Part shown: positions 50,999 to 61,292 of the stretch, in pieces | How positions within the stretch are numbered: the first letter of the stretch is position 1 | Layout: every line of letters begins with the position of its first letter | Source: Acidimicrobiia bacterium | GTDB taxonomy: Bacteria; Actinomycetota; Acidimicrobiia; Spongiisociales; ZC4RG35 | Length of the DNA: 64,000 nucleotides | Assembly: GCA_965215185.1 (NCBI GenBank) | Contig: OZ244034.1 | Coordinates: forward strand, 3,040,001 to 3,104,000 | Reading direction: 5' to 3' | Notes under the pieces: generated by a model | What the model was told of the DNA's origin: nothing | What the model saw: only the letters and a program-made list of their open reading frames with translations | The model's database searches: none | Position numbers and translations under genes: made by a program

Positions 50999-52829
50999 TT
51001 ATGGGGGTGCCCGGGTGGGTGTGGGGCTGGTGGGGTGTGGGGGTGGTGTGGCTGATGGGGTGGTGTTGGGGGTTGTCTGGTCGGGGCAGGGGGTGCTGCT
51101 GTTGTGGTTGTCCCGGTTGCGGGTTCGTCGGGTTTGTTCGAGGTTGTGGATGACTGCGGCCATGAGCGCGGCGAGTGTGTGGGCGGCGAGACCGAACGCG
51201 CGGCAGGATGCTTTGTCGAAGCTGCCGTCGTCTTTGATCATGGAGTTGACTCCTTCGACGGGGTTACGTCCGGCGTAGTCGGTGGCCCAGTTGGTGGTTC
51301 CGTAGGCGTTGCGTTGGTGGTTGTCGAGTTGTTCGACGCTGAGGGTGATCATGCCGTCGCAGCAGTACTCGGTGTCGGGGACGGCGACGGTGGGCAGGTC
51401 GGGGTTATTCGGTGTCGGGGACGGCGATGGTGGGCTGGTCGGGGTTGTGGGTGCGGTTGGGCCGGTTGGGGTTGCGGGTCTTGGCGGTGGTCATAACGCG
51501 GCCCGCGCATTGGGGGCAGATGATTTTCTTGGTTCCGTTGGGGAAGGATTGGACGACCTTCCATTGGTATTTGGCCCGTTCGTCGTACCAGTCTTGGAGG
51601 GCGGTGCCGGTTAGGTTGTCGGGTTGGGTGAGTAGATGTGGTGGTGTCCAGACGACGAGGGGGGTGCCGCAGTGCACGAGGATGGGGGTGTTGCGTGTGC
51701 CTGCGGTGATCAGCCTGACCCGTTTCTGTTCGTCCGACGATTGGTTCATGACGATTTCCCAGCCCTGTTCGCGCAGCGGCCGGACGAAGGTGTCTTTTTT
51801 GCGGGTGTAGTGCTGGTCGGCTTTGACGACTTTGAGTTTGGGTGCGACGCGTTTGGCTTGGGTGGCCACCTCGTGTCCGATGGGTCCGGCTTCTTCGTCG
51901 GCTGGTGTGAGGGTCATAGCGACAATGTGTGGGGCGACGGAATGGTGGCGTCTGCCTTTTCGGATGGAGCGAACAAGTACAGCTAGATGAGCGAAGTAGC
52001 CATTGAAGTGTCCTGCCGGACGTTTCGACGTTTCGCTGCGGAACCCTTGCCCGGCATCGACGTCGTCTGTGCGTTGTATCTTCCCGTTGGACTTGAGGGT
52101 GGTTGTTGGCGGAACACGTCCGGCGTCGACCTCGGCTTGGGGGGTGTAGTCGGTTGTGCGGGCCCACGTTTGGTAGTCGGTGGCGTCGATGGCGATCTCG
52201 GTGGCAGCGCGAGCTGACCATTTCGCAACGGAGGGTGCGAGGAAGCGGTCGACCATCCATTGCAGGTCGATGTCGACACCGCCGGGGGTGACCGCCCCTT
52301 TCGTGAGGAATGCTTCGATGCGTCTGGCCTGACGCCAAACCAGGTTGTAGGAAACAAACGAGTTGCCGGTGTCGGGATCCAGCAGGCCCCATTCGATAGA
52401 TATCGCAGCGTCGAGGCCTGCGAGCACTTCACAAAACGCCGTCCGCGTGTATTTGCCCGTCATTTTGACGGTCAGGAGCATGACCGTGAGGATCATGCGG
52501 GTGGTAAGCACGGGTTGCGAACCCGGATGGGCACGCAACACCTGATCTATCTGTCTGCAAACCCCGGAGAGGCCCACGTACTGGCATATTCGGCGGGCTT
52601 GGGCGGGAGTGGTGATTATCGGCTCCCGGCGGCGGACTCCCTCCTCGTCGGTGTCCCCCCAGACGTTGACGCCCGCCGAGTCGGTGTCGTCGTACCGATC
52701 CGCGCTGGAGTGGTCTTTGGGCAGTTTCCGCTCACAGTTCAGCTCGTACAGGCGGGCCGGGTCCGCCATCCCCCGCGCGGCGTAACGTTCGCGGCGTCGG
52801 CGGGCAGCCCGGGGCTTGCTCACGATCAT
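50999..52829 (-). pseudogene. DDE transposase paralog split by a 40-bp duplication
   Basis: ORFs 51405-52829 and 50999-51352; imperfect tandem duplication at 51369-51446 introduces a TAA. Confidence 0.85.
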
Positions 52830-53395
52830 GCGCCCAGCCCCCCGACTGCTGCGTCGACGGGGTCCAGACCAGAAGCGGAAACGGTGAGTAGTGCGGTGAG
52901 GGTGTCACCCGAAACCGGACCAGCAATATGGCGGAGCGCAGCCAGGCTGGTGGAAGCCTGCAGATGGGCGACCAGCCAGGTGGAGCGGGCTCGTCTCACC
53001 GACAGGCTGCCATGCCCACCGAACCCGACCTGGCGACACAACGTGGACACCGCGGTGCGATGCGTTGCGGATATGAGTCGTTCCCCTCCTACCAGGCCCA
53101 ATGCTTCGGTGACCAAGGAGGTGTAATCGCGTCGGACCGGCACCACCCGCGGATGCCGACCCCGAACCCGCACAGCGACACGGCCACCATCCAAATCCAT
53201 CACATCGCTTGTCTCAGCAGCTGCGATCGCGGGACTCAGCAGGCCCGCTCCCAGAGTGGCGGCAACCACCCAACGGCGACCTGCAGGCTCCGCCCGAGCG
53301 GGAAGGCAGGCCGAGATCCGAAACGCGATCTCGTCGCCCAATGTGTACGGGCGGACGGGAACATGCTTGCGGGTCAGTTCCCCAACCGGTGGGCT
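52826..53395 (-). pseudogene. 5'-truncated tyrosine-recombinase-like paralog
   Basis: Homologous to the C-terminal half of 46119-47072; homology is lost and an in-frame stop appears above about 53400. Confidence 0.75.
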
Positions 53396-54032
53396 TTCAG
53401 CGTTGCTACAGCCCTAGCTCAAGGACTGCCGCCTCTTGCAGGAGCCCCCTCAAAATGGGGACACAAATTCGTAGACACTCGACACGTTCAGGTTCCTGAA
53501 CGACTGTACGATTTCCTTGCCATAGCAGCCTTTCACCACAGTGAACCCGAAGACCCGGAAATCCAGAACCCAGGACAGATCATCTTAATCAGCAACGGAC
53601 TGGCCGGGGCCGGATGCCCCAGCGTCCTCGAGCGTCTCAACAGTCCCAAACTGTATCTCACGCCATTAGCCAAAGCCCTCGATTTTGCTGCCTCGATGCT
53701 CAATGAACCACCAGCTCCTGCCACGGAGGCGTCAACACACTAAGTGTTGGGAGGTGACTGGGAGCCCCGGTATTTACCCGAGGTGTCGTAACATCTCAGA
53801 AGCAAGACAACTTAGGGTCTCAATGTCCGGCGTAGCGATCGCCGACCGCAAGTCAATGAATCCCAAAACCGTGACCGATAACGGTTTCGCAAATAACCAA
53901 AACTTGTTTCAGAATTGGCCGACAGTGGTTTCGCCGCCCTGTTCGTCGGGTGGTGTGCCGCAGTAGCGACCGCCGGGCATTATGGCGGTATGCCCCGAAC
54001 ACGAGGGAGCAATCCCCTAGGTTGGGATTACC

Positions 54033-54420
54033 GTGGTTGAGCAGAACGCTCGGCGGGCCGTGCAACCACCGCAACCGCGCCACCCGCGCCGCCGCGCCGC
54101 CGCCCGCCGAGGAGCGGCCGAAGTGCTAGCAGCCAACGCGGCCGCAGTCATCGACGCTCTACCCCAAGTCTTTATCGACACCGACCGCGAGGTCCGACAG
54201 CAAGCCGCGCGAGCGCTCCTAAACGTCGACCAAGTCGCAGCATCGGACCTCCAAGGCCCTGTTGGCGCCTTCGTACAGAGCCCAGCCTTCCCAGACCACA
54301 TGGAGTTCCTCTTCCGAGGACTCGCACAGATATCTTCACGCTTACCACCAAACACCATTGATGCGTGCGAGCAGGCCGTCGCTACAGCTGGTGAAGAACT
54401 CACAGACATAGTGGCTCCTT
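54033..54420 (+). pseudogene. HEAT-repeat-like protein fragment
   Basis: RRGAAEVLA...DTDREVRQQAARAL; cut off by the CRISPR leader module. Confidence 0.4.
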
Positions 54421-54493
54421 GCGCATCTATCCTTCAGTACTGGCAATGGCCGATTGCTATGTAGCTAGACGCGTTCGAGCGTCTAGCCTAAGG

Positions 54494-54530
54494 GTCGTAG
54501 CCGGGGTTGACTCCCGGCGCTCATTGAGGG
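54494..54530 (+). CRISPR. Solitary CRISPR repeat with the same leader and trailer as the 58149 array
   Basis: GTCGTAGCCGGGGTTGACTCCCGGCGCTCATTGAGGG, identical to the first repeat of the array. Confidence 0.85.
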
Positions 54531-55503
54531 GGATACCGAGAGGGAACTTGAGGTCCCCTCGTTTACTGCTTGAAGTCCTACCCGGGACTCCCCCGGCTAA
54601 GTGCCTGGTAGGGGGTGATGAAGTGCCCGCACCGACGGCCTCGTCCGTGGGCAGCGCCCCCCCATCTCGAGGTGTCGTCCTGCCCAGTTCGGAGGGGACG
54701 TCGTCCCCAGGCTCATATTGAACTGCCTGGTGGGGGGTGGTCGCGAAGACCCCACGGCGGGGTCTTCGCGTGTTGTGGGGTGTTGAGTTCGCGGGTTAGG
54801 GGGTTTGGGTGGTTTTAGGGGCTCCTACTGTCGCCGCTCTGGGACAACCTCCGTCGCGGATGGCATGACCAGGCCGCCGGTGGCTGGGGTAGCGCAGCCC
54901 CCACGTTTCGTGGAACGCGTGCTGGAACTCGACGACGGGGCCGTCACCTGCTGGGGTCGGAACCATCCGCGGTGGGGTTCCCGAATCGCAGCGAGATGGG
55001 TTTCTATCGCATATAACTGGCTTAGATACTTCGATCCCGACGGGGGCTCCTGGAGCGCGCTCCCCCAGGTTTGTGCGGGTCGGGGGGGTCACCATCCGCA
55101 GCTACCGCCGGAGTCGGAGTCGGGAAGCGGAGGCGACCATTGGTCCGCGCTCCGGCTACTTCTGGTACGGCGACGACAGCAATCCCCGCTGTCGCGCATA
55201 GCTCGACCAGTCTGGGTTGCCAAACAGTGGGGATCGCCCACTCGCGTGAGTCCGCCCACCTGCCTCAGGACCTCCCTGAACCCTTTGGCGGAGTGGACTG
55301 TCCCGTCAGGCCTGCCACCTTACCGAGATGCTCGGTGGCCACGCTCAGCGGTGGGGGGTATGGAGGTTCCCAGCACGACGGCATGGAAGCGGAGTTGCGC
55401 TCCGGTGAGAGGCTTGGAGAGGTTACCAACGCAAACCCGCTCACCACCCTCGAGTGCAGACCGCGTCTAGGTGGACAGACGACCGGGGATCACTCCCCGG
55501 TGT

Positions 55504-55755
55504 CGAGACCTGCCAGCAGTTGGTTTATCCTCCCGTTCAGTCAATCAGGTAGTCATCTCCCCATCGCCTCAGAGGCGACTGGCATGGTCAACTCCTAGCG
55601 GAGCACGCCCGCACTTCGTCAACCGTGGCGAGACCTGCCAGCAGTTGGTTTATCCTCCCGTTCAGTCAATCAGGTAGTCATCTCCCCATCGCCTCAGAGG
55701 CGACTGGCATGGTCAACTCCTAGCGGAGCACGCCCGCACTTCGTCAACCGTGGCG
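55504..55755. repeat. 125-bp tandem duplication
   Basis: CGAGACCTGCCAGCAG... starts at both 55504 and 55629. Confidence 0.95.
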
Positions 55756-56088
55756 TGGCGGGCTCTGCAGTGTCCGCACTTGATACGAGTTACGGCCTCC
55801 GGGGGAACGGCTGCGACTCTCTCCGGGGTTGGGTGGGCTACTTGGGGTAACCCATAGGTACTGATAGTAGTTGGCACAGGCTCCACGTCCTAGAGACAAT
55901 GGGGTTGCTCCAGCGGGCCTTCTGCCGTTTCTTGGGTCCTGATGGTGTCTGTCTCTTTCCTGCTGACCTCCCACCCAACCGGGGGTAGGAGCTCAAGTAG
56001 CAAGCAGGCGGGGACGACCTCAAGTTCCCTCTCGGTTGATGAGCAGCCGAGATGCCGGTCAAGGTCACCTGGGGGACTTGAACTACCA

Positions 56089-56928
56089 TCAGGGTCCCCA
56101 TTCCTGCTTCTCGATGCCGACGACCCTGGGGACATCGTGTTCGTCTAGCTCTAGGAACACGACCCAGGCGGTCCAGTCGAAACCGCTGTACTCATCTTTG
56201 TCACCTGGATCGTATATGACGACCCAAGGAAAGCTACCGCACTCTTGGGGGAGGTAGATGTAGCCGGGCCTTGGCAGACCCCGCATTGGCACCTGGACGT
56301 CGGGATCGCGGTAGTCGGATAGGAATTCGGTAGCGACCTCCTGCAGCGTCGCGGTTACAAGTTCCTCGTCGTTGCCATCGGCTACAAACCCCCAGTTGTA
56401 CCTTGTACCCGCATGGAGGTCGGGTTCCACACGAACCCATTTTCTGTAGAGGACGACATATAGACCCCGCCAGCAGCTGACCGTCTCGGCCAAACCTATC
56501 CCGGTCGTAAGGCCTGCCGCGAACCTGTCGAGCGCTGCGCGCCAACTCCACTCCATTAGCATTTCGGACGCGCACCACTGCTCGGTGACATAGCGTCCGT
56601 GAACCCACCCGGTTGCATACCCAGTATTGATCTCGTACCACGGACTCCCGTCAATGATGGCCGTCTGCCCTGTCGGGATGAGGTCGGTCTGGCCACTGTA
56701 CAGCGCCTCGAGGATTGGAGAGTCGACACCCGGGTTCTCTCGCAGGTTCAGCAAATCGTCATAGGATACCAACACCACCTGCATGGTTCTCTGGGTGGCG
56801 GCGCCTTCCGTCGTCGGCCCTCGCCGCCGCCGGTGGGCCAATGCCGGTCCGTGGCGAAACGGTTTACAGGCTGAAGGACCGATACACACGCTGGGTTGGG
56901 GGAGGGGGGAGCGGTCAGGCGTTATCAC
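56089..56928 (-). CDS. Bacterial SH3-domain protein
   Basis: LNLRENPG...I...W.EI....TGWVHGRYV; the true start may lie further in. Confidence 0.65.
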   Translation of the reverse strand: MITPDRSPLPQPSVCIGPSACKPFRHGPALAHRRRRGPTTEGAATQRTMQVVLVSYDDLLNLRENPGVDSPILEALYSGQTDLIPTGQTAIIDGSPWYEINTGYATGWVHGRYVTEQWCASEMLMEWSWRAALDRFAAGLTTGIGLAETVSCWRGLYVVLYRKWVRVEPDLHAGTRYNWGFVADGNDEELVTATLQEVATEFLSDYRDPDVQVPMRGLPRPGYIYLPQECGSFPWVVIYDPGDKDEYSGFDWTAWVVFLELDEHDVPRVVGIEKQEWGP

Positions 56929-57413
56929 TCCCCTAGAGCAGCAGCGGGGGCCTCAGCCCCGCTAGGAGATATGCGCTGTTCGGTCGGCCCATAAGCAATA
57001 GCCCCGGGCCGTAAAGCTACCCCCGAAGGGCAGTCCCACGACCAGTCCCAACGGTAGCCTTCCGAGAACAGCCTCTCCCAAGGGTCAAGGATGAGCACAT
57101 CCCAGTCGGCGGCCACCTGTTCCCAGTCCGGGAACGGCAACATCAGGCCGGGCGGAATCGCATAGCGTGACGAGAAGCGGTTGAACTCGCGGGAGCGGTT
57201 GTCCAAGACAAGAACCCTGGCCGAGGGGTCGAGTATCACGGGTCTTCGCCATCTCACTCCGTCTAGGAAGACGCTTCCGCTGCGGCACCAACGTTCCCAC
57301 GCGTCGCCGACGGATAGCCAAACGCCCACTGGTTTGGTAGGACTCCGCCTTCGGGTGGGCCACCGAGGGATCTCCGGAGACGGTGAGTACTTGTATAGAA
57401 CGGGGACCGTCAT
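56925..57413 (-). CDS. Hypothetical Trp-rich protein
   Basis: KPVGVWLS...W..WC; coupled to both neighbours by 4-bp overlaps. Confidence 0.6.
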   Translation of the reverse strand: MTVPVLYKYSPSPEIPRWPTRRRSPTKPVGVWLSVGDAWERWCRSGSVFLDGVRWRRPVILDPSARVLVLDNRSREFNRFSSRYAIPPGLMLPFPDWEQVAADWDVLILDPWERLFSEGYRWDWSWDCPSGVALRPGAIAYGPTEQRISPSGAEAPAAALGE

Positions 57414-57874
57414 AGCGCTGTCCATACCCGCCACGCACACCGTATCACGTCGTTGACGATCAGCACCACGGCATCAATAGCGTCGGGATTGTACTTGTGT
57501 GATGTGACATGTCGATCAATAACCCAGGTTTCCAGGTCGTCCCGATCGCTGGGACCGATCAGGCCCTCATCGGCCGCCCGGCGCACAACCCAGTTGAAAT
57601 TGGAGCCGATGCGCACTGGGCAGCCCCGTGCCATGAGTGCTTCTTCCAACACAGCGTGGACGCTCGATATGACAGCCTCGAAGCGTTGCACCAAAGCATC
57701 GTGGTAGACGCTTAACTCCGAATCGGACCGGTCCGCTCCGCGGCCATCCACCAACCGCGCTGCGTACTCCAAATCGTGGAGAAAGCCTTCCAACATACTC
57801 TTGTTGTTGTCCACAAGCGCCAGCCCCCCGGCGGCTATCACCACCAGCATACCCCCTCCTTCAGGCGGGCGCAC
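57410..57874 (-). CDS. HEPN protein (HI0074-like nucleotidyltransferase substrate-binding family)
   Basis: DALVQRFE, R.A...GLI, DRHVTSHKY (Rx4H). Confidence 0.8.
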   Translation of the reverse strand: MRPPEGGGMLVVIAAGGLALVDNNKSMLEGFLHDLEYAARLVDGRGADRSDSELSVYHDALVQRFEAVISSVHAVLEEALMARGCPVRIGSNFNWVVRRAADEGLIGPSDRDDLETWVIDRHVTSHKYNPDAIDAVVLIVNDVIRCAWRVWTAL

Positions 57875-58064
57875 CCGGCAGCCCCCGTGTGGAGGCTGAC
57901 AGCTAGAGGGCCAATCAGGCCGGAGCGTGCTGCTGGTGCTCGGATGCCAGCCTGGTAGAATGAAATAGCCCTCCAGTGCTGTTCTGGGTGGAAGTCGCTA
58001 CCTGCGGCGGCCCGGCAAACCCCGTTGCGAACCGTCGGTGATTCCACTGGGAGCACCCTTGACC

Positions 58065-58148
58065 AGTGGTTCCTTGCTCATCTATCCTTCAGTATTGGCA
58101 ATGGCCGATTGCGATGTAGCTAGACGCGTTCGAGCGCCTATCCTAAGG
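58065..58148 (+). promoter_or_regulatory. Putative CRISPR leader
   Basis: Relatively AT-rich; conserved with 54410-54493 directly upstream of the first repeat. Confidence 0.6.
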
Positions 58149-58407
58149 GTCGTAGCCGGGGTTGACTCCCGGCGCTCATTGAGGGAGGTCTGTGCTGTCT
58201 GTTGACCAAGTAAGCAGGGCAGGTCGTAGTCGGGGTTGACTCCCGGCGCTCATTGAGGGTCCTGCGACCTGGTTGTCGGCGACGCCAAGTGGTTCGTCGT
58301 AGTCGGGGTTGACTCCCGGCGCTCATTGAAGGGTCGAGCTCAAGAGAAAGGGCCGCTACGGCACGCTTGAGTCGTAGTCGGGGTTGACTCCCGGCGCTCA
58401 TTGAGGG
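58149..58407 (+). CRISPR. CRISPR mini-array, 4 repeats (37 bp) and 3 spacers (37, 36, 38 bp); no cas genes in the window
   Basis: Repeats at 58149, 58223, 58296 and 58371: GTCGTAG(C/T)CGGGGTTGACTCCCGGCGCTCATTGA(G/A)GG. The palindromic core and ATTGAGG end are reminiscent of type I-G (I-U). Confidence 0.93.
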
Positions 58408-58845
58408 GGATAGCGAGAGGGAATTTGAGGTCCCCCCGTTTACTGCTTGGAGTCCTACCCGGACTCCCCCGGCTAAGTGCGTGGTCGGGGGGTGATGAAG
58501 TGCTTGCCCCGACGGCCTCGTCCGTGGGCAGCGCCCCCCATCTCGAGGTGACGTCCTGCCTAGTTCGGAGGTGACGTCGTCCCTAGACTTATATTGAACT
58601 GCCTGGTGGGGGGTGGTCGCGAAGACCCCACAGCGGGGTCTTCGCGTGTTACGGGGTGCTGAGTTCGCGGGTTAGGGCTGTTGGCGGGGGTTCTGGCCTG
58701 TTTCAGGGGTGTTCGGGTGTGTTTGGCCGGGGCGTGGGGGTGTGTGGCTGTGGTTACGGGGGTATGGCGGCCGCGACGGTTGGTTCTGGACGCGGTTGAT
58801 TGGACGGGGTGGGTTCCCGTCAAAGATGAGCGGTAGGGGGTTGGT

Positions 58846-60630
58846 TTATGGGGGTGCGCGGGTGGGTGTGGACTGGCCTGGGCGTTGGGTTGGTGAGGCT
58901 GCGGTGGTGTCGGGGGTTGCCTGGTCGGCGCGGGCTGGGGTGCTTGGGTTGTCCTTCTCGGGGTTTTGGGTTCTTCCGGTTTGTTCGAGGTTGTGGATGA
59001 CGGCGGCGGCGAGAGCGGCGAGTGTGTGGGGGGCGAGGCCGAACGCGCGGCAGGAGTCCTTCTCGAAGCTGCCGTCGTCTTTGATCATGCCGTTGACGCC
59101 TTCGACGGGGTTGCGGCCGGCGTAGTCGGTTGCCCATTTGGTGGTGCCGTAGGCGTTGCGTTGGTGGTTGTCGAGTTGGTCGACACCGATGGTGATCATG
59201 CCGTCGCAGCAGTATTTGGTGTCGGCGACGGCGGTGACGGGCAGGGGGGTGCGGCGTTTGCCGCGGTTGGCCCGGTTGCTGCGGGTTCGGGCTGTGCTTT
59301 TGACTTTGCCTGCGCATTGGGGGCACATGATCTTCTTCCGCCCGTTGGGGAAGTGTTCGATGACTACCCATTGGTATTTGGCTCGTTCGTCGAACCATTT
59401 TTGGCGGTCGGTTCCGGTCAGCCCGTCGAGTGGGCGGAGTAGGTGTTCTGGTGTCCATTCGACGAGGATGGTGCCGCAGTTCACAAGGAGGGGGGTGTTG
59501 TCTCCGCCTGCGGTGATGAGCTTGATGCCTTCCTGTCTGTCTTTGGCCTGGTTCATTACGATGTCCCAGCCGTGTTCATGTAGGGGCCGGACGAAGGTCG
59601 TTTTCTTCGCGGTGTAGTGCTGGTCGGCTTTCACGACTTTGACGCTGGGTGCTAGCTGTTTCGCTTTGGTGGCTACCTCATATCCGATGGGTCCGACGTG
59701 TTGGTCGGCGGCTGCGAGGACCATGGCGACGATGTACGGGGGGACAGGCTGCTGCCATTTGCCCCGGATGAAGGCGCGTATTGCGACGGCTAGATGAGCG
59801 AAGTAGCCGTTGAACGCCCCGGCTGGGTGTTTCGACGTTGCGCTGCGGCGGCCGGTGCCGTCTTCGTCGTCCTTGGTGCGTTGGATCTTGCCGTTGGGTT
59901 TGAGGATGGTTCCTAGGGGTATGCGGCCGGCGTTGATCTCTGACTGGGGTGTGAAGTCGGTGGTGCGTGCCCAGGTTTGGTAGTCGGTGGCGTCGAGGGC
60001 GATCTCGGTGACGTTGCGGATGGCCCGTTTGGGAATCGACGGCGCGAGGAAGCGGTCGACCATCCATTGCTGTTCGATATGGATACCGCTGGGGGTGGTC
60101 GCTTCCTTCGTCAGGAAGCGTTCGATGCGTTGGGCCTGACGCCAGACCATGTTGTAGGACAGCAGCGAGTCGCCGCTGTCGGGATCCAGCAGACCCCATT
60201 TAATAGCGACCGCGGCGTCGAGGCCCGAGAGGACTTCGCACAACACGGTCCGCTTGTAGCTGCCTTGGTGCTGGGCGGCGAGGAGTATGGCTGTGAGGAT
60301 CATCCGGGTAGATAGCACGGGCTGTTCCCCCGGATGGGCACGCAGCACTTCGTCTATGCGCTTGCAGACTCCGGTGTTGCCCGCGTACTGATACATGCGC
60401 CGGGCGTCGGCCTCGTTCGTGAGTATCGGTCCCCGGCGGCGGAGTCCCTCCTCGGCGGTATCCCCCCAGATGTGGGCACCCGACCGACCTGTTTCGTGGT
60501 CGTCGGCGCTGGGATGGTCTCTGGGCAGCATCCGCTGAGCGTTCAGCTCGTACAGGCGGGCAGGGTCCGGCAGGCCCCGGGCGGCGCAACGATCGCGGCG
60601 GCGGCGGGCAGCACGGGCCGGGCTGCTCAC
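58846..60630 (-). CDS. DDE transposase-like protein (intact paralog)
   Basis: IALDATD, KADQHY, YAGRNPVEGVNGMIK, CPQC...CC. Confidence 0.8.
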   Translation of the reverse strand: MSSPARAARRRRDRCAARGLPDPARLYELNAQRMLPRDHPSADDHETGRSGAHIWGDTAEEGLRRRGPILTNEADARRMYQYAGNTGVCKRIDEVLRAHPGEQPVLSTRMILTAILLAAQHQGSYKRTVLCEVLSGLDAAVAIKWGLLDPDSGDSLLSYNMVWRQAQRIERFLTKEATTPSGIHIEQQWMVDRFLAPSIPKRAIRNVTEIALDATDYQTWARTTDFTPQSEINAGRIPLGTILKPNGKIQRTKDDEDGTGRRSATSKHPAGAFNGYFAHLAVAIRAFIRGKWQQPVPPYIVAMVLAAADQHVGPIGYEVATKAKQLAPSVKVVKADQHYTAKKTTFVRPLHEHGWDIVMNQAKDRQEGIKLITAGGDNTPLLVNCGTILVEWTPEHLLRPLDGLTGTDRQKWFDERAKYQWVVIEHFPNGRKKIMCPQCAGKVKSTARTRSNRANRGKRRTPLPVTAVADTKYCCDGMITIGVDQLDNHQRNAYGTTKWATDYAGRNPVEGVNGMIKDDGSFEKDSCRAFGLAPHTLAALAAAVIHNLEQTGRTQNPEKDNPSTPARADQATPDTTAASPTQRPGQSTPTRAPP

Positions 60631-61292
60631 GCTCTCAACCCTTCGAGGGCGGCTTCTACCGGGTCGCGACCGGTAGCAGAGGCGGCCAGCAGCGCGGTGA
60701 GGGTGTCACCCGACAGCGGACCGGCGATCCGGCGGAGCGCGGACAGGGGAGTGGCGGCGTGTAGGTGGGCGACCAGCCAGGTGGAACGGGCACGCCGCAC
60801 TGAAAGGGTACGGCCACTGATCCCGACCTGGCGGCACAACATGTACACCGCTGTGCGATGCGTGGCCCGAACGAAGCGACCGGTACCTACTAACCCTGCG
60901 GCTTCGGTGACCAGGGGGCTGTAGTCGGCTCGGATGGGGACCACACGCGGATGCCTGCCCCCGACCCGTATACCGAGCCGGTCGTTTCCGAGGTTGACCA
61001 GATCGCCGGGCTCGGCTGCTGCGACCGCCGGGCTAAGCAGACCAGCCCCGAGGGTGGCGGCGACCACCCACCGTCGGCCTGCGGGCTCCGCCCGGGCCGG
61101 CAGGCAAGCCGACAGTCGGAACGCTGCTTCGTCTCCCGGCCCATACGGGCCGGACGGGGGTCTGCGCCCGATCGGTTCCCCAACAGGGGCCTTGGCCCAG
61201 CCGTCCGCGAACACAGCCCGCCCCACCCGGCGTAGAAGCCACCTCGTGTGGCGGCGCCACACCAGACTCCTATGAGCGTTCGCTTCTAAAGC
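60627..61292 (-). pseudogene. Tyrosine-recombinase-like gene interrupted by ISL3
   Basis: Homology to E1 continues to 61292 and stops at GGCTCTTCG. Confidence 0.8.

Larger units (their letters stand above)
50790..54753. mobile_element. Copy E3 (3964 bp), decayed core genes plus a solitary CRISPR repeat
   Basis: Left TIR GGGGTATTCGCG (1 mismatch), right TIR perfect; flanked by ACAGC and ACGGC. Confidence 0.85.
54759..58629. mobile_element. Copy E4 (3871 bp), non-autonomous; SH3, HEPN and CRISPR cargo
   Basis: Perfect TIRs; flanked by ACGGC and ACAGC; only about 60 bp of the left arm retained. Confidence 0.85.

Noticed and set aside
52928-53743. 271-aa plus-strand ORF in E3
   Set aside because: The first half is antisense to the recombinase-like gene. 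The rest may be a gene fragment but has no recognisable motif.
54582-54599. tracrRNA-like anti-repeat downstream of the repeat
   Set aside because: The repeat is palindromic, so the match reads equally well as a degenerate direct repeat, and no class 2 effector is present.
58186-58451. Spacers as tRNA-homing guides (CAST-like)
   Set aside because: Only 7-9-nt words are shared with the tRNA (AGCTCAAG, CAAGTGGT, ACTTGAG), too short to be convincing. I saw no protospacer in the window by eye.
49282-58646. Repeated hairpin CGCGAAGACCCC-N5-GGGGTCTTCGCG read as a terminator or an attC/attP site
   Set aside because: There is no U-tract, and the half-site at the tRNA plus the constant 5-bp loop are better explained by abutting TIRs around a TSD. 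No catalytically intact integrase is present.
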